Assembly: GCF_964194025.1 (NCBI RefSeq)
Contig: NC_134470.1
Span: 17,437,155-17,486,000, forward strand
Reading direction: 5' to 3'
Source: Convolutriloba macropyga
Taxonomy: Eukaryota
DNA: 48,846 bases
Each line of letters begins with the position of its first letter. The first letter of the stretch is position 1. Positions 1-11,081 of this stretch are shown piece by piece. The notes under the pieces were generated by a model. It did not search any database. It saw nothing but the letters and a program-made list of their open reading frames with translations, and was not told the origin of the DNA. The position numbers and the translations under genes were made by a program.

Positions 1-3000
1 CTTAATTGTTGTCCTGTGTTATGTGTGAACACTTAGCAAGGTCAGGGCGCCTTTTTGTGCACGGCATGAACCGTTTCCTTTTCAACAGTTGATCAATGAC
101 CTTTTCACCGCACTCGCCTTTTGTTTATACTCTCAAAACCGGAACACTTCAGGCCGCACTTACGCTTTTTCATCTGGTTTGGTGAACGAATTAGATAAAC
201 TCAAACTTGCCACAAAAATTGGCAATTTAAGCGATACAGAAAATGGCGGTTGAGGTGAGTAGCATAGAACCGGGCATCATACCTTTTTGCTTGACCTGAT
301 TCTGTAAGCATGATCAGGGTCTACCAATTTCAATTACCAACACGCCTAATCGATCCTTTGAAAAAATTTTGAAAACAAAATTTAGCAACAAATTTTAAAA
401 ATAGGTTTTCCTCAAATTATCTTATCTTTCTATTTGACAAAAATATCTGCTCCAATTCCATTTGTGGAGAGAAAACTACGCTTAAGGAGTTCTGTTATCA
501 GTCAATTGTGGACGATCGATATGTCTCTTGTAGAACTTCGATTTAATTAGAATTGGCAACTAGAATTTAGAAAACCCCTTGAGTGTTTCATTTTTTTTCT
601 CTTTCTAGGCAAATTACTGCGATTCACTTGTTACTTTTTTTGCGGGAGTTCCAGCTAGCCTGCCTACACCTCAGTCCATTTAACCTATTTTTGTTTTTTT
701 GTTCACATTGCAGTTTGGAAAAGCCAGCTGCAGTATATTGCAACATTTTTGATTGAAAGGTATGATATTGCATTCAATTGATTGCTACAGAATTTGAAAT
801 TCAGCCGTGGTTCGGTTCCTCAGCTTCTAAGTCCAACAGGTTTCGAAAATTAAATCTAAGTCTTGCCTCGAATTATTTGGTTTCCCTCTACAATTTTTCA
901 GTGCAAAAACCTACTGCTTAACTAGATATCAAAGACAGGCAGCATCTTATACATACGAAAGTCGCCTGAACCATCTAACTGTCAGTAATGATGCCAATTA
1001 CTAATTTATTTGTACGAATCACGAATCTTGTTAGCTACTTCCTTGTCTTGCTCACAAGGAGGAAAGTAGTCATATACCAAAACCAATTAGAAACAACTCT
1101 GAATATATTACAAAAATAAAAGGAATAATAAATTTAGAAAACAAATTTGAAAAATAACAGCTGAAGGAGAATCAGGTATTTCAAGCCGATCAATTGCGTT
1201 AATTATTTCTTGCCCAGATCACTGGCGCACTAGAAGGGAACTGTTTTGAACTGGTTGCTCCCCAATGATAACCAACTGACATCTTTTGCTCCCCGGAGAG
1301 AACTACATGTATCGGGCAGTGGTGAAAAGCAAAAATCGAGCTCTTTACCTCCATCTTTGTCTATGTTCAAACATCTCTCTTGTTTTCCTCTCCCCCACTG
1401 TAACACAGGGGCTCAAAGTGACGTCATACACAAGGTCCACTGATTGCGGTTTAGTCGCCATGCTCAATGGCTTTGCTCACTGTCATTGGTAATTAACCCA
1501 CATGTGGTGGCTCTTTCTATATCAATTTCCGACTCCAATTTGTAAAATAACTCATTTAGCCATCATAGTTCTAATTTAAATTGATTCAACACTTCTTAGA
1601 AAAAAACAAAGGTATGTAGTTTTGCAACATTTCCTAGGATAGCTTAAATTAGAAATGATTTTTTCTACAATTTTTTTGAAACCTTTTGTTAGTTGTTAAA
1701 TTCTTTTTATTCTTCCAGTTTTGTCACAACAAAAAACTTTTCCACTTGGTAATGTGTTATGGTTCACATCATTGTGCTTCAAAGAACACATCTTTATACA
1801 ATTCAAAGAATTTTTACCATTCAGAGAATTTGAATTGTATTGGTGCGCTGTCTTTCTTTTAAGATCTGTTCACACATTTTCATGAGCGAGTGAGCGAAAA
1901 GCGAGTGGTTTTGCGGCGTGAATTTTTTTTGCTCTAATTTTAAAGAAGAGTGAGAAAACGGTGTTTGAACAAAAATTCGCTTTCTTGCTAGTGGTTTTTT
2001 GTTCACATGCGGCAATTTCACTTTGGTTTCTACTGTTTTTTCAATTTTTTGGATCGGATTTTTTTATAAATGGTTTTCCCAATCCATTCATAGTTCATTC
2101 TAGGCCTAATTTCTTGTTAGAATCAAATTTAAATTTCTCGCTAGTAATTTTTTGTTCTCGCTAGCGGCATTTTGACACAGATTTTTTTATCTAATTTTTT
2201 TGGAAATGTTTTTCTCAATTCACTCATAGTCCATTCTAGTGTTTTGTTTAGTCAATCAAAATTCTTTGAATTGTACGTCAGGACTTGTCCTGCTATGTTT
2301 TTATATTTGTGGCTTTTGATTACAAAGATATCAGTTAAAACAGATTCGGTTGAGTGGGCAGTATTCTTTTTTATGAGAAGAATTTATTTTTTTCTTTCAA
2401 AATGTCAACAAAATAGCACCACCTAGTTTTACAAATGAATATAGCAAATCCAAACGCAGTTCCAGTTCCACTTGTAATCAAATTGCAGAAACAATTTTAA
2501 AAGTTATGATTCCCTGGACTTTTGATTTGTTCTGCCTATGAAAGTGATGAAATACGCAAGACTAATTCACTTTTATTAACATTTTTTCTCTAATTATTCG
2601 CATCTTTTCTTTTGTCTAACATTTGACACAATTGCATTTAAATCATTTTTGAACAACCGTAAGGCCATCCAATATACAGTCCACCATCTTTTTTGTTGAA
2701 ATTTTGATGGAACTCATCAACTTTACTATGAGATTTTTGGTTAACTAACATTGATCTTATTAGTGTTAACTTACACTTTTCTATGTTATTAAAAACAAGA
2801 GTTTGGAGAGCAGACTAACTAAATGCTGACAATTGAGCTAGAATTGTTTTGTCTTTAGCAGTAAATTTAGGAGACAGCTGAATTGTTTTGCATATTGCAA
2901 CTTATTTGACCTTCAGTTTTTAAAATATACGATCAGAAATAACGAAAAGATAAACATTTCTTCGGAAAAATTGTCTTTCAAGTTTTTCCTTCACCTACAG

Positions 3001-6000
3001 CTTTTGTCATTTTTCAAAAAATGCTTGGTAGTGTTGATTACACTCCCTTTAGAAATTATTGATCCATTTTTACCGATTTTTGTTTTAAAAGGGTTGAAGC
3101 AGTGCACTCAAAAATCATTGAAACATCTGTATGCAGAGTTAATTAAGAAGAGGATGTTTGACAATATGCATTGGATGCTTTGTGTGCTGACAGTTCTGTT
3201 ATATGTTTTTGTAAACAAACTAAGAGCCAAAGAGCAAGTCAGAAAAGTTGTTTGGGTTGGTTCAGTAAAACGCTTTAATTACTTCAACTGGAAGAGAAGT
3301 CAGGTTAGCTGTGGGAAAGGGCTCGATTTTTCTTTTTGAAGCGTTGATACTCTTAAACGAACAGAAAAATTGTAACTCGTGAAACACTTATACATTTTGG
3401 TGTTTTTGGTAGCTTTCCTAATAAATTCTTTATTAGACAAAAGAACAATTGAATGAATCTCACACTTTTTTGGTATTCAGTTACAGTTTAAGCAATTTTT
3501 TGTCTAAGTGATTTTTCAAACTCCGACTCGTAGAAACGTTTGGGAAGGGTCTTTTTGCGTCATGCTAGAGACATGCTTTAAACTTTTCCATGAATTTGGG
3601 AAAATCTTCTCATTGTAGTCTGACGGTAATAATAATTTAGTATTTCATCCAAATGGCTGACGTATGTTTTATGTGTACAAAAATCTGCAAGTGTTTAAGT
3701 TCTCCATCTCTAAATAAATGTTCTTTGACTTTTAGGATTCAAATTGATCTTGACCTAAATCTTAAGAAAAATATATAATAATTCATAATATAAAATCAAA
3801 TTCGATGCCAAAAAAATATAAAGTGCGGCAATTATACTAAATTATACTAAAACCGATCATCATTAACTTTCTGTAATCTCAAGACAAATTCTTTTTAAAA
3901 AAAATTGTCTCTTAGTATGCCAACGGATTTTACTCATACAAAAAATTTTGCAAGCAGCTGATTTTTCAATAGATGAGTCCAACCGTTTTACAAATAATGA
4001 TAGTCTGAAAATTGCTCATTATCAAAAGGTCAATAAAATTAACTGCAATTCATGAAAACAAAAGAATATTTTAAGCTCATGGAATGAGACAATGGAAGTT
4101 CTTGCAATAAAAAAAGAAATTTATGTAATTTAAGCGATAATATTTTTTTCAACTATATTAATTTCAAGCGATAAAACTTGTTTCTTTGATAGTCTACAAA
4201 GAAAAAAAATGCTTAGAAGCGAAAGAGACACAATTTTGTCCCATTAGTTTTCGCTGCCTGCTTTGCTTGACTAAAAATTAACCAACCAATATATCACAGA
4301 AGTTTCAATTTTTTTTTCATTTCACAATTCCATTTTGCAATTAAGTTTTTTAAAATCTTTTACTTTGTGTTTTTTCAATTGCGCTCATTTGTTCTAATTG
4401 ATTCAATTTTACATCCAATATTTTTCACGGGTTTTTAATAAAATCAGTCAGGCAACAATTGATTTTTTAGCATTCAAAAGAAATCGTTTATAAAATTAAT
4501 GATCTTTGAAAAGTTTTATCCTCCCTCGCTCAAAATTTTTATCGCTTCGGTCTATTTTTCGCGTTCAAGTGATCAATTCATATCTTCCAGAGCGTTAGAT
4601 ATGATAAAAACCTACAGAAATTTACATGGATTTTTTGGTTAACGGCCACGTGTTTTGAGCCAAGGCACTCTTTTTCCAGTCACAGAAATATATATCTGGA
4701 TAACCATATAGCCACATTTCTTAGTGAATCTTTTACAATAGTCCTGATTCTTATCATTTGTTAAAAGAGACACACGAATTTTTCACTTTAAGGGTATCAA
4801 AGATATCAAGTTTATGTCCCACACAAAATTTAATTATTTACTAGATTGATCAAAGATTGAGTGCCGAATTTTGATGATATTCAAATAAGTTACCGAACTA
4901 ACCTTTAATGCATCATGTTACAGTTATTAGAAATGTCGAAATAAGGACTTATTTGACCTACGTCTGTTTCAACCTCTTTAAATTGTACTTGTGCTTTTTG
5001 AAAACCCTCAACCATTATCAAGCATTTTTTTATCGATTTAAAACTTCTAGTCAATTAGGCTTCTTTGCTGAGAAGCTTAATTGCACTATGGTAAGTAACT
5101 TGATGTTTGCTATAAACTCTCCTCAAAAAGCAAATTGACGGAATTTCTGTGCACATTTATGGATTTTTGGCAACTTAATATCAATTCGCATTGCTGTATA
5201 GCTGGGGAGAGAATTTGTGTTTTTGCCTCAAAAGAGCGGAAAACAAAAAGCGATGCGCGGCAATAATACACTAATCCATTGCCATTTGTGTTGTTCAGCG
5301 CAATTTTGAATGGTAGAAAATGGTAATCCAGAAAGAATTTTGTTCACATTTTGACTACCACTTTCCGTTTGCCTGAAATTTGTTCTTTTTCAAACTGCTT
5401 TTACGCGCCATAGTTGATTCATTTGCGAATGATATGTTGTTTGAAATATTTTCAAACTTAAAATTAATTTTTAAAGGTCGCAATCAAATTTTTATTGGTC
5501 AACCTTCAGATTTCAACTAGGGGATGGTTGAAATTTTTCAGAACAGGTGAGTTAATTTGTTTATGATTTATTGTTTTAATTTCAAAAAATATTTTGAATT
5601 AACTAGCATTCAAAACAATAACTTTTCAAAAATTGTGACAAACTTTTTATTGTATTATCATCTGGTTTATAAAAGCAACTGAGGCAACATTGGAGCAATG
5701 TTTCAAAGATTAAAAATCAAACAGAAAGTTTAACTATTATGGTTATTCCTCCCCATGCACCCTCTGTCACTTTCAAAAACCAGACCTCATATCCCTTTTG
5801 AAGTAAGTACTCAATTGCAAACATTAACTCAACATTTTCCTAGTTGGTATACTTGTCCATTTGTGCTGAAACAATGGAAAAAATATTTGCATACCGAACA
5901 TCTACCTACCCGGGTTGACAACCATAAATATTCCTAACAATAAAAATCCATGTATAGATTTTATGTAAACTTGCACTTGCTAGCCAAAAAAAGGGTAAAA

Positions 6001-8201
6001 AAAACATAGTTTTGCGGAGATTCAGTCCAAACGACAATATGCAGTCAGCTAACGCAATTTCTGTGCTTTGATGGAACATATATAGATTTATTGTGCTTAG
6101 TAATCTAAGGCTTGCTTTTCACGCACAGTGGCATTGATCATATATATGATTTCTTGGAAATGATGCAAGGATCATAAATGATTTCGTACAACTTATAGAT
6201 CGAATTGCAGCAGTTTCAATTAGCCAAAAATGGATTTTGGGAAGCTTCAAATCAACTAGCAGTATTATCTGTCACTTATGATTTCTTTGAAATCATTTAA
6301 AGGTCGTGCTGGGGGAAATAGGTTATGATTTGTATGACATCATATATTATTCTTTAATGATTACTAAGAAATTTTAACCCGGGTACTGTCTCCATTGAAC
6401 GCACAATTAAGAGATTTTCTGAACACAAAACAGAAACGAAGATTCAACTTCTTTTAACTGAATTCATTCAACTGCCTTTAACTGAAATCTAACTGAAATC
6501 AAAAATTTTGCGATGTCGTTTTCATCATCAAATAATTGTCTATAACTTCATAGTCATTTCATCGCATCTAAAGCGAAGAATTTTTTGCAGCTTTAATTAT
6601 AAACGAGAATTAATAATACAAATTTGAACCGTTCCATTTTTGTTTGCAAATTCTTGCTTGCTTTAAATGGAAGAAATGCAAATGCAAGAAAAAAAATACA
6701 AGAAACTGTCTACCGGATGCTTGACAGAAAGCAACACATAGTACATGTGAATCAATGGGTTTCATCAACAAATATTAGTTAGAAAAACCTTTTCATCATC
6801 TAGGTAATTAATTTCTTAATTGAGAAAGCAGCATTATCAACTAGTTGCTAAAAAACTGAAGGAGGATCTTGGGAGGCATAATTAAACGCATAATCTCTTT
6901 ATAAATAAAACATCATTTGCAGCGCTAACAGCATATCTGTAAAGGGTTTCTACTGTTTTAACTGTCAAATTTAGCAAAGAGCCATATTCAAATATTTTTA
7001 GTTACGGTAATCTGGTTGAACATCCAATTTTTGGAACTCGTTAATCACTTTGTCTCCATCTGAAAGTTTAGTTTTGTCAACACATATCTCTCTTCAGACT
7101 TGTGAAAATAGTTTTAATCTCTATATTCAACTTTTATTTTTAATTATTTTTCTGAAATTGTTATATTTTCTGTGTTGCTTCTTACAAAAATGGGTTTGAT
7201 TTCATGATATCTTTTATTTGTATTTAGAAAGTCCTAATTTATTTTCATTACTTCAAATATTAGTTTGAAATTGTATTCTTCTTTTTTACTTAAGTTGTTT
7301 CAGTTAAACTGGTGCGCTCTCTTTTTTTAGATCTGCTAACACTTATCGATCATCTTTACAGTCAAATTATTGTATGGTTTGATTGCGCAAAAATCTTTTT
7401 TACTTTTTTAGAACTTTTGTCTAAATCTTTTCACAAATCCAGTCTTTTTCCTAGATGTGGTTTTTGTTTTAGTCTTTGAAAATTTTTTACATTTTTCTTC
7501 AAGACCTCTCCGGATCTAATTTTTGCTTTCTAAAATTCATTTGATAATGCGGAGCATTTTGGATGCTTATCCTTGTTTTTCGTCTCATTGTTTATTTGGG
7601 ATCGGTTTCCAAAAATCTACAACAATTCATTAAAGACAAAAAACGTTTTTGTTTAATCTATTTTTTAATATGCTCGTGAAACAAGAAAATAATTAAAATC
7701 ATAAAATTATTAACACCGTTTTAACTTCTTCAGATGTTAAACAATGCAGGTGTTTCAAACTAATTTACTTACAATTTTTTCTACTTTGCCGCACAATGAC
7801 CAATCAAATATTTTTCTGAACTCAAAATGTTTTCAATAACTTGAAAACCTTAGTTCAACCACGTCAAGTTGTTTCCTAATTTAAACCAAAGTTGTATATA
7901 ATGAACTAATGAACTGATGGTAGCACGTGCGTTGTTAGCTTTGTTAGCTCGTTAAGCGAAATCAACAAGCAAACAAGAGAAATTTACAGAAGCTTCCTGC
8001 TTTTGCGTCCTGTCTGTGGGACTAGAAGAAGTGCCTAATATCCGGTAAGATTGTTCCTAATACCCCTCCAGCCCAGTCTGTCCACCAAGTTTTATGGGGC
8101 GGTTTGCCTGTGAAAACAATCGCCTTACAACATACAACAGTCTTTGTTTGTTGGGGTAGTTTTACTGAATAGGTTCCCCCCAACCGGAGATTTTTATCAA
8201 A

Positions 8202-11081
8202 ATGGAATACAACTTAAGAAATGCAATTTTCGACGAGAGTGTTGCAAAGCAATTAGAGAATGTAGGCACACAAAGCGAACCACAAAATCCTGAAACCAGC
8301 GAAGACATGCATACGGGTTTGACCCAGGAGTTAAAAAAATGTATGTGTTAAAGAGTTTTTTCACGTAGCTCAAGGCACAATTCTTTTTCTGCCAGATACC
8401 GCAGATAAGCTCTACTGAGTTCAAGTACTAGAAAACCGCAATCAGTACACCAAAATAAGATATATGGTTGCGGGTCACAGCACAACGCTTGGTTCAATTC
8501 CAAATCAATTTGGGCGTGTTCAAAATACAAAGAGCAGTTGTGCAGCCGTCGGAAAATTAACACAGACCTCTCAAATAAAATAGACAATCTATTGATCTCC
8601 TGTGATTCCACTGATTCCAGTGAGTTGAATAACTCAATTTTTTGAACGTGTTGATCTTTCAATGAAGTCCGAGAGTAACAAATTGCCAGAAGTGTTGACA
8701 ATATTGAGTTCGTACGTGCCAACCTGTCGCTTTGTTCCTATCAAACTCAGAGCAAATTGATCTCAATTGATATCAGGTATTCTTCTTGACTGAGTCTCCA
8801 GACAACAAGACAAATTGGCAAAAACTTTTTTGCGGTTTCAAAATGCTTTCTAAGTGCTTGTAACCGCGGAGGCAAAAAGCAAAAGCGCAACCAAGACCAA
8901 CGTCTCGCAGAACGTTTTGATCGTTGGAACGCCGGTGAATATGGGAAACTTTGGTCAGAAGCTGTCTCCTTGAAAAAATCAAAAAGACAGAGAACTACCA
9001 GCATTGAAGAAATAATGGTCAGAGCAAAAACGTTGTGCCTACAAGGCCAATTTGGCCGAGCTGCTACAGTTTTAGCTTCTGAAGGTCTTGCACTCGATAA
9101 AAAAGCTACATTCAAAGCATTGGAAAAGTTACACCCGAAAGAACCGTTACCTGTTGTCAGTTTACCTGACGATACTGCATCAAATGCGTTCCAATTTCGT
9201 GAAAACCTAGTTTATTAACAACTGAAGACATTCTTCTTATGTAATTTTTGACGAATGAATGATTGCGCTTCCGCTAATGCTTCTGCTTTAGCGGAAGCGC
9301 AATCATTCATTCGTCGAAAATTACATAAGACAAAATAGTTAGTGCTCAGACGGACGAAGGCGTGCTTCAAAATGATTTCCAGTACGATTTTAACTCAGTC
9401 AAGCGTTCACACTATTACAACAACTAATGAATTTATTCCTGGAATTGCCGCCTTCACCAATTTTTGCTACTCCCAGCACACACCACTCTTTTACAACAAT
9501 GCAATCGTGCAAAGTGAATTGGGTGTTCAGCAGGGTGATCCGCTGGGACTGTTATTGTTCTCCTTGAGGTTATGGCCAATCAAACAAAAAATCAAGACCT
9601 CATTTCCGGGTTTGTTACAGCACACTTGGTACTTATATGTTGGGTTTATTGCTGGGTCTGAAGACCAGATCAAACAAACGCTTGAAATCCTAGCCAATGA
9701 AGGCCCTCAGAGAGGCTTAATCCTGATAAAAGACAAATCTGAGCTGTGGTCAATTAAAGATTTACCCTCCGTTGATCAGGCAGTAAAAAAAATTTGGGTA
9801 ACGGTTTTGAAGTTTTGGTGATGCAGTTGGTTCAAAAGACTTTGTCGCTTCTTGTTTGAAGAGGAGAGTTCAAAAAATTTCCTCTATGCTGGACAATTCA
9901 CATCACCTCAACGATCCTGAATGTGCATTGGGTATCTTTCGTTACTGTTTGGGAACTCCGAAACAAGTATACTTTTTACGAACTAACATTCCATCAAACG
10001 AGATGCTCGAAGGATTGAAAAGTTTCGACGACGGACAAAGAGAAGTGTTGGATCAAATTGTTGACTCACTTATTGATGAGGACGCCTGGAAACAGTGTTC
10101 CTTACTTATCGGTTTGTCGGGACTACTCGTCAAACAGTCACAAGAGCAATATAAAAGTGCGTTTGTGGGCTCACTTTTAGCCTCAGACGAGCTGGTAAAC
10201 AAATTAACAAGTAGAAGTCCCTCAGAAGGTGACACTTTTAAAGAATTACACCAGAGTCCGGAACCGTTCAATCTACTTTCGCATACACAAAAGAAGATCC
10301 AAGAAGCACTTTATAAGGAAAAACTTGCTGCCCTAAAAAGAAATCAGACGGAAACCGGGGAAAAGGCAAGACTTCAATCACTATGCCAGCCTCATTCTGG
10401 CGTGTGGCTTGCCGCGGCTCCGGTTCCCGCTATAAGGCTAGACCTTTCGGCTAAGGAATTTGAAATCAGTGTCAAGTACAGGCTCGGGATCGAGGTTTAT
10501 GATCAAGAAAGAAAATGTCGTTATTAAAGTCAGGTACATTGGACACATTTGGTGACCATGCAGTTGCCTGCCAAGCAAGGGGAGATGTGATTTCAAGGCA
10601 CGATAGGATTTGCGATCTTATAGCTTCCGCATGTTTAGCAGCTAATTTGTCTCAAGTAATTGAAAAACGCAATCTCATTGCGGAAAACAACTCACGCCCA
10701 GGAGACGTCTATCTGCCTTCTTGGAAATCTGGCCAACCCGCTGCTCTAGACATAACCGTGACTTCCTCTCTGAAACCGAACATTTTTTCTCATGCGGCAG
10801 AGAAGTCTGGCTATGCAATTGAAGCTGCTGAAGGTCGAAAATATGCTCAGCATGAAAATAGCTGTGCTCAACAAAGAATTTTGTTCGTCCCTCTGGCAAT
10901 CGACTTTTTGGGCGGTCTGTCGAGGACTCTGAAGAAGGCCTTACTGCGCATGTCGTTGTTAGCTGATAGCAGAAATTATCAGACCGTGGGACAATCCATT
11001 GCCTTCGACAGAGCAGTTCAGTCACTTTCTGTTGTCATCATACGAGGATCAGCTAATATGCTTATGTCGCGAGCCCCATAG
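8202..11081 (+). pseudogene. Decayed single ORF of a CRE-type (RLE-clade) non-LTR retrotransposon: N-terminal Zn-finger remnant, reverse transcriptase, CCHC knuckle, restriction-like endonuclease
   Basis: Collinear + strand fragments broken by stops and frameshifts. Candidate ATG at 8202 (MEYNLRNAIFDE). Pre-RT motifs PTCRFVP, RGGKK...RFDRWNAGEYGKLW and GQFGRAATVLASEG...LEKLHP. RT motifs EAIIHS, DFQYDFNSVKR (cf. DFxNAFN), GVQQGDPLGLLLF and WYLYVG (mutated WYLDDG). C-terminal KYRLG...C...LDTFGDHAVAC...RHD, then RPGDVYLPSW...ALDITV...AAEGRK...FVPLAIDFLGG (PD-(D/E)xK-type RLE). Stop at 11079-11081. Confidence 0.92.
9235..9330. repeat. 43-bp fold-back inverted repeat replacing the N-terminal part of the RT domain
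   Basis: Arm 9235-9277 (TCTTATGTAATTTTTGACGAATGAATGATTGCGCTTCCGCTAA) is the reverse complement of 9288-9330 with one mismatch, separated by a 10-nt spacer. Confidence 0.95.

Noticed and set aside
2971-3339. 122-aa ORF
   Set aside because: TTG start, no recognisable domain and no splice support.
7905-7965. Hammerhead-like CTGATGG...CGAAA
   Set aside because: The core deviates from CTGANGA, and stems I-III could not be formed.
8348-9115. Minus-strand ORFs of 122-124 aa
   Set aside because: Antisense shadows of the plus-strand retroelement ORF.
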